A stretch of DNA of 64,000 bases from Nitrospiraceae bacterium. Lineage in GTDB: Bacteria; Nitrospirota; Nitrospiria; Nitrospirales; Nitrospiraceae. Shown piece after piece: positions 1 through 9,942 of this stretch. Below the pieces are notes generated by a model, which worked only from the letters and a program-made list of their open reading frames with translations, was not told where the DNA came from and searched no databases. Location of the stretch: NCBI GenBank assembly GCA_050246315.1, contig JBFWWG010000002.1, positions 268,811 to 332,810 on the forward strand. Reading direction: 5' to 3'. Numbering within the stretch: the stretch's first letter is position 1; the number at the start of each line of letters is the position of its first letter. The position numbers were made by a program, and so were the translations under genes.

Positions 1-231
1 TTAGTTCATTGAGCAAGCGCCTGGACCACGCGGATCCCCGCAACTGCCGCAACCCCCGCCGGCACCGCCACCGGATGACGGAGCCCATCCCGTCGCGCCG
101 ACCGCAAACGCCGAGATCTGTTTCTCCAGCCGTTCACTTCGACAGGATGGACAGGCCGGGGTCACGGATCCGTTCACGATCAACTCGAACTGATGTTGAC
201 ATTGCGTACAACGGTACTCGAACAACGGCAT
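1..231 (-). CDS. FmdB-family zinc-ribbon protein
   Basis: MPLFEYRCxxC...CPSC...LEKQIS pattern typical of the FmdB CxxC_CxxC_SSSS family. Confidence 0.85.
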   Translation of the reverse strand: MPLFEYRCTQCQHQFELIVNGSVTPACPSCRSERLEKQISAFAVGATGWAPSSGGGAGGGCGSCGDPRGPGACSMN

Positions 232-328
232 GGATCACTCCCTTTCGCCTTGGATGATCGGTCGCTTATTATAGGGTGTCGGTCCTTTCGTCCGCAATGA
301 TCGGCCGCTAGCATCAGAGGAGTCCATC

Positions 329-589
329 ATGTTTCAGGAAGAACGATCGTTCGTCCTTCGGTTTAGCATCGAGGCGCAGTTTCCCGACGACTACGAGGGG
401 CATGAAGAGGAGTACCATTGGCTCCGTGACTGGGAAGGGCGTGTGAAGCCGGAGGTGCTGAAGACCCTGTTTGAAACACTACGCCGGTTTCCCGAATGGT
501 CCGTGCACGTCCGTAATCGTGGCCACTCCCCGCTCGATCAAGTCGAAGTTGTCGTGCAGAAGGATTTTACTAAACGTTTGAGTCTGTAG
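329..589 (+). CDS. hypothetical protein
   Basis: 86 aa ORF with GAGGAG RBS, directly upstream of hemW. Confidence 0.7.
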   Translation: MFQEERSFVLRFSIEAQFPDDYEGHEEEYHWLRDWEGRVKPEVLKTLFETLRRFPEWSVHVRNRGHSPLDQVEVVVQKDFTKRLSL

Positions 590-590
590 C

Positions 591-1769
591 ATGCCCATAG
601 AAGCCGGAAGGCGACAACATTCGACGCTACCCGATATCCTCAGATCGTTAGGCCTCTATGTGCATATTCCCTTCTGTCGAACTCGCTGCGCCTTCTGCAG
701 CTTCTATCTCCAGGTCTGGCGGCCGGACCGAGTCGAGGGCTTTCTGGCCGCTCTCCAGAAGGAATTCTCTCTCTACGCTAGGCGGCCTGAGCTGTCAGGC
801 CGGCCGCTCAGCAGTATCTACTTGGGCGGCGGCACACCGACTGTGTTGAGCGCCGATCAACTTTGCGACCTTCTGACGACGATCCGGCAGGTCTTCACGT
901 GCCGTCCCGATGCCGAGATCACCGTCGAGGCCCATCCGGACACAGTCTCCGATGAGATGTTGACCAGGCTCAGGGAAGCCGGCGCGAGCCGTGTGAGCCT
1001 GGGCGCGGAAAGCTTGAACGATGCCGAGTTGATTCGTATCGGCCGTCCATCGCCGGCTGCCAACGTGGTGCGCGCGGTGGAATGGGTCAGGACAGCGGGC
1101 TTCGACCACCTGAATCTCGACCTGATGTATGGCTTGCCCGGCCAATCAATGGGGAGTTGGGAGGAGTCGCTCGCCGGCGTGATCGCGCTTCGACCGGATC
1201 ACGTCTCCTGCTACGCCCTGACGATCGAACCGGAGACCGCCCTCGCTCAGGCGATTGAGGCAGGATCAGTCCAACAGCCTGACCCCGAAATGCAAACGGC
1301 CATGGAACAGGAGGCAGAACGGGTGTTGGAGCGAGCCGGTTACGACCACTATGAGATTTCGAACTATGCCAAGCCCGGCCACCTGTGCCGGCACAACCTG
1401 CTCTACTGGCAAGCGGGCGACTACCTCGGCCTTGGTCCCAGCGCCCAGTCCTATGTGGATGGCTGGCGCTTTGGAAATATCGCCGACCTGGCTCAGTATG
1501 AAGCACGCTTGACCGACGGCTTACTTCCCCTGGACCATCGTGAATTCCTCACCCCCGGCCAGCGAAACCGCGAAGCGCTGGTCTTTGGCTTACGGCAACT
1601 TGCCGGGTCGGATGACCGTTGGCTTGATTCTCTCTGCGCTGATCCCCAGTGGCATCGACGACTGACCACCCTGCTGGATGAGCAGCTCCTCGAACGGAAG
1701 GGGGGGCGCATCCGCCTGACGGCGGCAGGACGGCAGGTGGCGGATTCCGTCGCGCTCCAATTGATCTGA
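591..1769 (+). CDS. hemW: radical SAM heme chaperone HemW (HemN-like)
   Basis: YVHIPFCxxxCxxCxF, GGGTPT, YEISN and HNxxYW motifs. Confidence 0.9.
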   Translation: MPIEAGRRQHSTLPDILRSLGLYVHIPFCRTRCAFCSFYLQVWRPDRVEGFLAALQKEFSLYARRPELSGRPLSSIYLGGGTPTVLSADQLCDLLTTIRQVFTCRPDAEITVEAHPDTVSDEMLTRLREAGASRVSLGAESLNDAELIRIGRPSPAANVVRAVEWVRTAGFDHLNLDLMYGLPGQSMGSWEESLAGVIALRPDHVSCYALTIEPETALAQAIEAGSVQQPDPEMQTAMEQEAERVLERAGYDHYEISNYAKPGHLCRHNLLYWQAGDYLGLGPSAQSYVDGWRFGNIADLAQYEARLTDGLLPLDHREFLTPGQRNREALVFGLRQLAGSDDRWLDSLCADPQWHRRLTTLLDEQLLERKGGRIRLTAAGRQVADSVALQLI

Positions 1770-1805
1770 AGGCGGACAGGGCAATGCCGTACGGTCACGG
1801 CAACG

Positions 1806-2159
1806 CTACCGTAGGATATAATGCAGCGCGGTGTCGGCGAGGATGCCGGCCAAGGCCCCGCCGTTGAGCCAAAGCAGGCGCCGGTCGCGATGTTTCCAGG
1901 CCATCAGAATGGCCACGACGATACAGACCTGCGCCAGGAAACTGAACGGGCGATGCAGGTTCACCGACGCACGGCCCCCCTCACTCGCGATCGCCGTGAC
2001 CGCGGCCAGGAGGTAGCAGGCAAAGGCGCCGACTTGAAGCCATCGGGCCGGCGGCGCTTTTCGTCCGCGGACAGCCACCACCAGCGCCCAGGTGAGACAG
2101 ATGATCACGATGAGCAGCAACAACGGAAAGAGCGGCCACAGCACCTTGGCACTCAACAT
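1806..2159 (-). CDS. small membrane protein (about 4 TM)
   Basis: Four hydrophobic segments; fills an intergenic gap. Confidence 0.7.
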   Translation of the reverse strand: MLSAKVLWPLFPLLLLIVIICLTWALVVAVRGRKAPPARWLQVGAFACYLLAAVTAIASEGGRASVNLHRPFSFLAQVCIVVAILMAWKHRDRRLLWLNGGALAGILADTALHYILR

Positions 2160-2339
2160 CTCACGCTCATCGAATGAGGTTGCTACCTGGCGACTACCGG
2201 ACTATCCGACACGCCGACGCGGACTCTAACAATCCATCCAGACCCAGTCAACGTCCCGACGCGCCGAGCACCGGCTTGACAGGCCCTTTGCAGGCGGTTT
2301 AGGAATAACCAGAAGGGCTCGACCTGAGAGAGACTCACC

Positions 2340-2534
2340 ATGCCGGTCAACATGATTCCCAACAAGAAGCGGTCCAATCCTGCAACCGAGGCGTCTCCGC
2401 AGATATTGCCCCCTGCCGCGGAAACGCAGGACCCGACACAGGAAACGAAGGAAGACCGGGAAAAAGCGTTGGCCGATGCGGAAGCCAAAAATCTATGGGA
2501 CGCGACCGAAGTGATCGACATGGATAAGTGGTAA
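2340..2534 (+). CDS. hypothetical protein
   Basis: 64 aa ORF after a purine-rich RBS-like stretch. Confidence 0.5.
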   Translation: MPVNMIPNKKRSNPATEASPQILPPAAETQDPTQETKEDREKALADAEAKNLWDATEVIDMDKW

Positions 2535-2564
2535 CGGCAGAACACCGCTCCCCACACGGCATGA

Positions 2565-3242
2565 ATGTCCGCAACTCCCCTGCCAGACGCCTTGTACTAC
2601 CCGTTCCACCTGTGTCATCCCGCGACGCTGGAACTGATGCTCGCACGGTACGCGAGCGTGCACTTTCGCGATTACATGGCCATTCAGCTCACGCCGTTGA
2701 CCGGCACCACGGCCTATCAGGACCGCATGGGGGACCAGTTCCCCGATTTGGTCCGAGCGGGACGAATCGTGCAGGGATACCAGGTGAGCGGTCCGCTGGC
2801 CGGACCGCTCGCCGAAGAGATCGATCGAGACCTGTCCGACTCCACCTGGCGGACGATGTTCCATGGGGCGTTGCGCGAGGATCGTCGATTTCAGCGCGGG
2901 CTGTTTGATGTCGCTCACGGTATGGCGGTCGGCCGACGACTCGTGCCCGGCCCTGCCGCCCTGCTCACGCTGCTTGATCCTCGGTGGGTCAACCATGTCC
3001 TGACGCTTCAGACTGTGCGGCATCTTTCGCGCTCGGCCGGCACATCCGAAGAGGGCTATACGTATGAATATGGGTTGGCCTTGGTGAAGACCTCCGCCGC
3101 CCTCCGCGTCACATCCCGTCTCGCGCAGCAGCATCACCTGCGTCCCGCCACCGATTCCCGCTCTCACCACGACCTCTTCACCCGCATCGTGACCAGAGAG
3201 CAACTCCCGCAGGCACACGACTTCCTGGCCCCCACCGTCTAA
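2565..3242 (+). CDS. hypothetical protein
   Basis: 225 aa ORF with globular composition; no family recognised. Confidence 0.7.
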   Translation: MSATPLPDALYYPFHLCHPATLELMLARYASVHFRDYMAIQLTPLTGTTAYQDRMGDQFPDLVRAGRIVQGYQVSGPLAGPLAEEIDRDLSDSTWRTMFHGALREDRRFQRGLFDVAHGMAVGRRLVPGPAALLTLLDPRWVNHVLTLQTVRHLSRSAGTSEEGYTYEYGLALVKTSAALRVTSRLAQQHHLRPATDSRSHHDLFTRIVTREQLPQAHDFLAPTV

Positions 3243-3283
3243 GCCGCGTTGGCACCGCCGGAGCTATTTGCTAGAATCCTTCG

Positions 3284-3580
3284 ATGCCGGCTCCCTCCAC
3301 ACCTCTGGCAATCCCGGGAACCACCGAACAGATCTCGACCAGGGCAGGCAACGAGACCGAAGCACGGGTGATCGTCCACAACTGCGACTGCCACACCTAC
3401 CAGCAGGTCATTCAGATCTTCTGCGCGACCATTCCGGGCATGACGCCGAAAAAGGCGTTCGAACTCGCCTATCAGATCGATCACGAGGGACAGGCGGTGG
3501 TCTTTAGAGGCGAATGGAGGGAGGCGGAAGCCATCGCCAAGAAGATTGCCGACGGAGGCCTGAAGGTCGAGGTGCAATGA
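3284..3580 (+). CDS. clpS: ATP-dependent Clp protease adaptor ClpS
   Basis: VIVHNxDxHT...AxxIDHEGQAVV core of the ClpS fold. Confidence 0.85.
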   Translation: MPAPSTPLAIPGTTEQISTRAGNETEARVIVHNCDCHTYQQVIQIFCATIPGMTPKKAFELAYQIDHEGQAVVFRGEWREAEAIAKKIADGGLKVEVQ

Positions 3581-3600
3581 TCGGCGGACGGCCCGCAGAC

Positions 3601-3972
3601 TTATTTTTTCGCGTGCGCCCCTGCAGGTCGTGAAGATTTGCCATGGGCTGCCTTCGACGAGGTGCCGGCCTTTGCCGGCCGAGGCGCCTTCTTCTCAGAT
3701 GCCTTGGCCGCCGCTTTTGCCTGGGCCTTGGCTTGAGCTTTCGCAGCGGCATCGCGGCGGCGCTGCGCCTTCTTCTCCTCTTCTGCGACACCGGGCCAGA
3801 CAGGCAGCTTGCCGGCCTTTTTCAGATTGTCGCCGCTGAAGACGCGAACCTGGTAGAGCTCAAACAGCTTGTTGATCGCCTTCTGGTCGCCCCGGCGCGC
3901 CAACCCCAGGAGACGGCGACGTTGATTCATTTCCTCTTCTTCGGTATGGGAGGGAGCCCGTTTCTCCATCAT
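3601..3972 (-). CDS. hypothetical protein with Lys/Ala-rich C-terminal tail
   Basis: Start MMEKRAP at 3972 with GGAAGG RBS; AKAQAKAAAK-type tail. Confidence 0.7.
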   Translation of the reverse strand: MMEKRAPSHTEEEEMNQRRRLLGLARRGDQKAINKLFELYQVRVFSGDNLKKAGKLPVWPGVAEEEKKAQRRRDAAAKAQAKAQAKAAAKASEKKAPRPAKAGTSSKAAHGKSSRPAGAHAKK

Positions 3973-4524
3973 CGGCCCTTCCGTTGACTTAATCGCGTAA
4001 ATGCACGTATACGCACGCGTTATCCACGCGGAAGTATAGAGAAGTTTTCTAACTTTTGCCAGTCTTTCTCTCAGAGCCTGGCCGACATGGCCGATCCTGA
4101 CAAGGCGAAGCAGGCGCTGGCAGATACCAGGCGGCAGTCCGCGAAGTACCGGGGCGTATTCGCTGGAATCGGGACCCATTGCAATCCCGGAGCAATGGAT
4201 ACCTCGGATAATTCGGGGTCGAGAACAGAGCGGATGCCGGTGCATTCTTCGCCGCAGCAGAACGGTCCATATCGGGCAGGCCCCTACTCAGGTGCGTGAT
4301 GCTCCCCGACATCCCATCGGCGCATCCGGCGGATGCCGGCTCTTGTTTCCGGAGAGGCCTGCCATCCCTCCCGCAATTCGTAGCCAGGAACGTCCCCGGT
4401 CCCTGCGATGGCCGGGAGCGATGAGCACAGAGCTGAATATTCCTTTCGGGCAGCCTTGTTCCGGTCGAAGCGCGGATTCTATAATCACAAGATCGTTTCA
4501 CCAGACACGACCAGGAGACCACAC

Positions 4525-5205
4525 ATGACGATGCAGCAGCACGAGCCGCAACCATCTACGGTCCAGGACAATCCGCAAGCACGGGCCTTGCTCAAACAGG
4601 CCTTCGAACGGACGGCCCGCTGGCAGTCGGACTTCAAAGGGTTCACCGCCGATCTCACCGTCAACATCAACGGCAGGGAGACGAGCGGATCGGTCACGGT
4701 CAAGAGCCCTCGGGAGGTTTCAGTGCAACTCTCGGACCTCGACGTGCAGAAATGGGCGCAGGAGCAGATCTCCATGATCGCCGTCCACCGAGGCCCGCGC
4801 AGCTTCGAGGAATCGGACGGAAAATACTCGCTCACACAGGAGGAGGACGGCCATCCCCTGGGCACCAAGCTCATCATCCATGGGTCCAACTCGTTCTACC
4901 GCTTGAAGAATAGCCGAATCACTCAGATCAATCGCAAGATGGCGCACCCGGGTATGCCTCCCTTCGGCTTCACCATCAATGTGGAAGAGGCGGCGACCAC
5001 CCAGGACGGAACTTTTCTCACGACGCGATACACCGTCTATTACTATCAGCCGCAGGACGGCAAGCTTACCAACGTCGAGAGTTTCACGGACAGCCACACG
5101 CGCGTCGGCCGTTCCGATCTCCCGGCCACCCGCCGGATCATCTCCTATGAAAACGGCGAGGTCACGGTGAAGAGCCTCACCTTCTCGAACCATCGGATGC
5201 TGTGA
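4525..5205 (+). CDS. DUF3386-family protein
   Basis: ARxLLxxAFExxARWxxDFxGFTA and HR..R.FEE motifs; AGGAG RBS before ATG 4525. Confidence 0.8.
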   Translation: MTMQQHEPQPSTVQDNPQARALLKQAFERTARWQSDFKGFTADLTVNINGRETSGSVTVKSPREVSVQLSDLDVQKWAQEQISMIAVHRGPRSFEESDGKYSLTQEEDGHPLGTKLIIHGSNSFYRLKNSRITQINRKMAHPGMPPFGFTINVEEAATTQDGTFLTTRYTVYYYQPQDGKLTNVESFTDSHTRVGRSDLPATRRIISYENGEVTVKSLTFSNHRML

Positions 5206-5657
5206 CACCACGCCTGGTGGATCTGCGCACCGGCTACCCGCGAAGCCTGCACGAGCGGCTCGGGGGATATGTGCACCTTGCACGAATGATCGACAAGTGC
5301 CGCGCAAAACTGTCCGGCACGATCGGTGAATATCTCTACCCCTGCCCCCTGGATCAACGCATGCTGGAGTTTGCCGGCATCGATCCCGATCAGTTTCTGG
5401 ATCAGGTGCGACAGCATTCGGATGAGGCCATCGTCCACTGGTGGACCGTCACGGCCAAGCCGCATAGTGACGACGAACGGGAAGCCTGGAACCAGGCAAT
5501 GGAGACACGCAGTCCGGATACTGAGGAGAAGTGGGCCTATTTCCGCAGGGTCCGCGACAAACTCGATCCGACTCGATCCGACATCGTTACATGGGCCGAC
5601 CTCTTGGATCTGGAGGAAGGCCGCACGGTACCGCGTCGGACACCCGCCGACGGCTGA
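5202..5657 (+). CDS. DUF5069-family protein
   Basis: PRS...LGGYVHLARMIDKCRA...EYxYPCPLD. Confidence 0.8.
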   Translation: MTPRLVDLRTGYPRSLHERLGGYVHLARMIDKCRAKLSGTIGEYLYPCPLDQRMLEFAGIDPDQFLDQVRQHSDEAIVHWWTVTAKPHSDDEREAWNQAMETRSPDTEEKWAYFRRVRDKLDPTRSDIVTWADLLDLEEGRTVPRRTPADG

Positions 5658-5799
5658 TGCCGCACAGTTTCCAATCGTCACCACCCTCACCAATTCGCCT
5701 TTTCCGATCCCTCCCTCTCAAGCCGGCCGGAGGACAGCCGATAAAGGAGGCCGGAGGACCCTTACGCGGACAGAGCTCTCCGGCATCGGACGATTTCCC

Positions 5800-7107
5800 A
5801 TGAGCAGCAAGCGGGTCGCCATCTCCGAGGTGCGGGTCGGCATGTATGTGAGTGGATTCGACCGCTCCTGGTTTCGGACTCCGTTTCTCCGGCACCACTT
5901 TCTGATTACCTCTCCTCAGCAGATCGACAAGCTGCGATCCTCCGGCATCCGAGAAGTCACGATCGACCCGGATAAGAGCGTGCTTCCTGTTCGAGAACAT
6001 CATTCGAGCAACGGACCGCCCTTGCCTGAGGCACCATCCTCCCTCGCCTCAACGACCGCCTCTCAACCGGCAGGACAGGAGACGACGCCGTCTCGTCACC
6101 CAACCCCTAAATCACTCGATATGTTGAATCAGGAGTTCGCCTTGGCAAAGGAAGCGAGGGAACGACTGGCCAAAACGGTTCATCGGTTGTTCGAGCGGTA
6201 CGAGTCGGAAGGGATCACGCCCGCGGAAGAGGCGATGGAGGCCGCCAAGGAGATCACAATTGTGACCAATACCCTCACGAACCCGGCGGTCTTCATGGCC
6301 ATGAGTCAAGCCCGCGGTTGTGATCGCGCCTTGAGCAACCATGCCCTCGTGAGCTGCACCCTGTCGCTCTTATTGGGACAGGCCGCGAAACTCGACCTGC
6401 TTCAACTGCACAATTTGGCGATAGGAGCATTGCTCCACGATATCGGTCTGCTGCGGCTCCCGCGCCATGTGACCGACGGACTCCGGAACACCTCGCGTCC
6501 GCTAAGTCCTCACGACCAAGACTTGTACGAAAGCCACCCCCGGCTGGGAGCGGTGTATCTGGAACAGGAAGGGAACTTTCCACTGGAGGTGAGACGGATC
6601 GTTGCTGAGCACCATGCGACCGGGGACGGGAAGGGCTTTCCTCGCGAAACCAATCCGGCATGGACGGAAGCCACCAGCCGAATCCTGATGATCGCGGACC
6701 GCTACGACGAGCTCTTGTCGGGGTTCGGGGGAGCGACCCCTCTCCAGCCGCATCAGGCGTTACAACGCCTCTACCGCGATGCACATGACCGGATGCTGGA
6801 CGCCGATCTCGCGTCGTTGTTTATCAAGCGCGTCGGCGTCTTTCCCATCCATAGCGCAGTGGAACTCAACACCGGCGAGCGGGCCGTTGTCACCGACATC
6901 AATCCCGACGCGCTGCACCTCCCGGTTGTCCATATCACCCATGAAGCCTCCGGCCGTGTGTTGATCGCTCCCGCCAGAATCGATCTGGCCCGTCAAGCCA
7001 AAGGGGAGACCTCCCGCTCCATTTCCCGCGTGATCGACTCGGCAAGTACGCCCGTACGTCTCGGTTTGGCCGAAACAATCTCCGATTCCAGCGTAACCTC
7101 CTGCTAA
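5800..7107 (+). CDS. HD-GYP domain protein with N-terminal DUF3391 (c-di-GMP phosphodiesterase family)
   Basis: VGMYV...W..TPF (DUF3391); LLHDIG, EHH..DGKGFP and IADRYD motifs. Confidence 0.85.
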   Translation: MSSKRVAISEVRVGMYVSGFDRSWFRTPFLRHHFLITSPQQIDKLRSSGIREVTIDPDKSVLPVREHHSSNGPPLPEAPSSLASTTASQPAGQETTPSRHPTPKSLDMLNQEFALAKEARERLAKTVHRLFERYESEGITPAEEAMEAAKEITIVTNTLTNPAVFMAMSQARGCDRALSNHALVSCTLSLLLGQAAKLDLLQLHNLAIGALLHDIGLLRLPRHVTDGLRNTSRPLSPHDQDLYESHPRLGAVYLEQEGNFPLEVRRIVAEHHATGDGKGFPRETNPAWTEATSRILMIADRYDELLSGFGGATPLQPHQALQRLYRDAHDRMLDADLASLFIKRVGVFPIHSAVELNTGERAVVTDINPDALHLPVVHITHEASGRVLIAPARIDLARQAKGETSRSISRVIDSASTPVRLGLAETISDSSVTSC

Positions 7108-7382
7108 CCCAGCCGCCGCTCGACGCTCAAAAGATCGCCGCTCTTCGTGGGAAAGACCCGAAGGCAAGATGTAGGGCGAGGGCAAGGCCGGGACGAAACC
7201 CTACGAGGATAACGCAGCAGTTGAAGCTGCGGTGCACGGACGAGAGGATCTGAAAAGTCGAATGTCGGAGTTCTCGAATTCACATACCATGCCGTTCACC
7301 CATCCTTCGCCTAGCCGCCCTTGGCATCGCCGTGTGGAAACTCTATGCTGTGGTCACACTTGCAACCACATGGGCGGATCTC

Positions 7383-7658
7383 GTGAAATTCAGCAATATG
7401 CGCGAACTCGAGACCAAGACATCCAAGATGCTCAGAACAGCCGAACGAGGTAACACGGTCCTCGTCACGACGCACGGACGGCCGACCGCCATGCTCGTCC
7501 CCGTGACCAACGGCGACCTCGAAGGTGCCTTGCTGCCCTGAAGCCGAACCCTGCGCAAGAAGATCGAAGAAGGCCTGAAAGACTTCCGCTCGGGTCGGAC
7601 GATGCGGCTGTCTGACTATAAAGTGAAGCGTGGCAGGAAGAAGACCCGCACCGCGTGA
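7383..7658 (+). pseudogene. Phd/YefM antitoxin with premature TGA at 7539-7541
   Basis: GTG start, KFSNMREL...VLVTTHGRPTAMLVP; the same frame resumes after the TGA as SRTLRKKIEEGLKDFRSGRT; GTGA overlap with the toxin gene. Confidence 0.75.
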
Positions 7659-7879
7659 CCTGCCAGATCTTCCTGTCGGCGAAGACTCACCAGGACCTCG
7701 ACGCCTTCTCTGATAAGATTGCCCGCCAGATTCTCGCCGACTGCGCCCGCCTCGCGCACGATCCCATTCTGGACGGAAATCGAATTAAGAAGTTGCAGGG
7801 GTTCAAGGAAAGCCTGCACCGGCGGAGAGCCGGCGACTATCGCGTCATACTCAAACGGTCCAGCCCACACTATTCATGA
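7655..7879 (+). pseudogene. RelE/ParE toxin, 3' end truncated by a MITE
   Basis: IKKLQG...RRRAGDYRVI RelE motif; its stop codon lies inside the MITE left TIR. Confidence 0.7.
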
Positions 7880-8054
7880 CGGTTCGTCGCGAAATCGCGC
7901 AGTCGCCAAGCGAGACGGACGCCCGGAGCCGGGAGGAAGGGAGGCGTACTTGAAATAGTACGTTGACTGCCTGAGCGGCGAGCACGCACGCCGACAGGCT
8001 TGTCGTAGCAGCAAATCCGCGATTGCAGCAGGAGCGTTCATGAATAATGCGGGC
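7863..8054. mobile_element. MITE-like element, copy 1
   Basis: 17 bp TIRs GCCCACACTATTCATGA / TCATGAATAATGCGGGC (2 mismatches); internal similarity to 11811-12084. Confidence 0.7.
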
Positions 8055-8140
8055 AAAGACCCGCATCGACATCGTCCGCGTGTTGAGTAAGCCGGACTTT
8101 CAGAGGACGTACTGACCGACCATGTGTGATTGCAAGACCC

Positions 8141-8194
8141 GACCCTTTCTCTCTGATTCGCTTTCTCTCTGATTGACCCTTTCTCTCTGATTCG
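8141..8194. repeat. three copies of CTTTCTCTCTGATT
   Basis: Direct repeats read from the sequence. Confidence 0.7.
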
Positions 8195-8452
8195 TTGCTT
8201 CTTCTCCTGGAAGGGCGCTCGTGCTGGTTCGACTGCGCACATGGAGTGACCCCTAAAAATACTCCTTCAAAGCTTGCTAGTGCTCCCGTCCCTCCGCCGA
8301 GGAAGGACACCCTTACTGGTCCAACTGCGGCCGTCGAGGGAGCGCTTGCTGAAGCGCGGCCTTCGGGAGCACAGGACCGGTAGGGCTGTCCTTCCATCCC
8401 TTCTGATCGTGGGCGTCTCTGCGAGCAAGAAGGATCTCCCGCCTGCGCCCGT

Positions 8453-9199
8453 CTAGCCCAGGCCGTCCCCTCCCATCGTCCCGCCCAGGCCGCCGAAATT
8501 TCCCCCAAAGCCTCCCTGGCCGCTGCCCCAATATTCGCCTCGGCGGATCTTGCCATAGGGGTGGCGAAGATCGGGCCGGCTGATCCACCACAGCACAACG
8601 ACGGCGGCAACACCCGTCAGAACCGAGATGATGAAGCCTAAGCCCTTCATGTGGCTGCGAGGCGGCGGCCCGACGCGAACATCCTGCGCGGAGGTCGCAA
8701 GTCCGACGACGGTGCGATACAGACCTTCGCCAAAATGCCCCATGCGGAGCGGCTGGTCCATATACTCGGAGCCGACCTTCGCCACCACCTCGGGTGTAAA
8801 GATCGGGACCATCCGTTTCCCGACGGTGATCGCGGCCTGATGTTCGGCCACGGCCAGTAAAATCAGAGCCCCGTGTTCCTCTGAGGCGCTGCCGATCTTC
8901 CACTGTTGATAAAGCGCCTCGGCGTAGAGCTGTGCCGAGGCAAATGGCTTGACGGTCGGGACGGTCACCACCACCATCTCCACACCGGTCTTCCGCTCGA
9001 GATCCTGGCAGACGGACCGGATTCTCGCCTTCCAATCTCCATCGAGCGTTTGGGCATGGTCGCTCACGTATCCGAGCGGCTCAGGCAGGCGTGGCCGCTC
9101 ACCGGGGATCGCCAAAGCAGGGACGCTGGAACTGATCCAGCAAGCGAGAATCACCCACTGAAGGACGTGCATTGACACAATGTTCGGCCTCCGGCTCAT
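8453..9199 (-). CDS. TPM domain membrane protein
   Basis: GYVSDHAQTL...LERKTGVEMVVVTV...WKIG; signal peptide, one TM, Gly-rich GGGFGG tail. Confidence 0.85.
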   Translation of the reverse strand: MSRRPNIVSMHVLQWVILACWISSSVPALAIPGERPRLPEPLGYVSDHAQTLDGDWKARIRSVCQDLERKTGVEMVVVTVPTVKPFASAQLYAEALYQQWKIGSASEEHGALILLAVAEHQAAITVGKRMVPIFTPEVVAKVGSEYMDQPLRMGHFGEGLYRTVVGLATSAQDVRVGPPPRSHMKGLGFIISVLTGVAAVVVLWWISRPDLRHPYGKIRRGEYWGSGQGGFGGNFGGLGGTMGGDGLG

Positions 9200-9942
9200 A
9201 TGGGGGCGGTTTCGAAATGGTGGACCAGCCCTTCGACCGCGGTGAGGTATCGATCGAAGAGGCGCGGCATCTCTACCGGTCCAGGAGAGGTGCGACCGCA
9301 CCGGAGATCCCACGCCTCCAACAACGGCTTGGAATCGACCGTCAATCGCCGGCCGATCTCTTCGATCTGTTGTTCGGTCTTCGCGGGAACCGGAAGGTCC
9401 TTCAGCCGCAGCCACCCCCGAACACAAGGCACCAAGCCCGTCATAGAGAGGGACAAGAGGATCATGGCCGCCTCCCCGGTGGCTCCCCCCTCCACATACC
9501 GCTGGCGCAGGCGAAGGAGGTTGGCCTTGATTTCTCGCCTGATCAGGTCGGGCGTCACACCTCCATCGAGGCGGATCATCGGCAATAGGTCGCGGCCGGC
9601 CAATAATCGATGACCTTCCTTCAGTTCGCCGAACTCCAACGGAAAACTGCTCGCCCAGCGCTGCAATTCTCCCGGAGCAAAAAGTAGCGTCACGACCTGC
9701 TCACGCTTCCAACGGGCATGCAGCTTTGCCAGCTTACGTAAGGCCTCGCCATCGAGTGCGGCCATCACCAGCAGCAGATTTACATTCGATCGGCCGCGCA
9801 CGAACTCACCCCGCACCGTACTACCGTACAACACTAAAGATTCCAGCGCCGTGCCTAACGAAGGGACCGTCCGTTTAAGGTAGGTCCGCAGGAGAGGTTG
9901 GACTTCCTGAGGCAACCCCGCCAGCATTCGATCGCCGCTCAT
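9196..9942 (-). CDS. nucleotidyltransferase-like domain protein
   Basis: LVLYGSxxRGE...SNVNLLLV (DxD replaced by NxN); FPLEF motif. Confidence 0.75.
   Translation of the reverse strand: MSGDRMLAGLPQEVQPLLRTYLKRTVPSLGTALESLVLYGSTVRGEFVRGRSNVNLLLVMAALDGEALRKLAKLHARWKREQVVTLLFAPGELQRWASSFPLEFGELKEGHRLLAGRDLLPMIRLDGGVTPDLIRREIKANLLRLRQRYVEGGATGEAAMILLSLSMTGLVPCVRGWLRLKDLPVPAKTEQQIEEIGRRLTVDSKPLLEAWDLRCGRTSPGPVEMPRLFDRYLTAVEGLVHHFETAPI

Noticed and set aside
4087..4299. 70 aa ORF between divergent genes
   Set aside because: No RBS or motif support
5326..5799. N-terminal extension of the HD-GYP ORF
   Set aside because: Overlaps the DUF5069 gene; domain similarity starts at ATG 5800
7539..7541. 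In-frame TGA in the antitoxin as selenocysteine or programmed readthrough
   Set aside because: Not a redox Cys position, no SECIS-like hairpin recognised, and the partner toxin is also broken; a nonsense mutation is simpler
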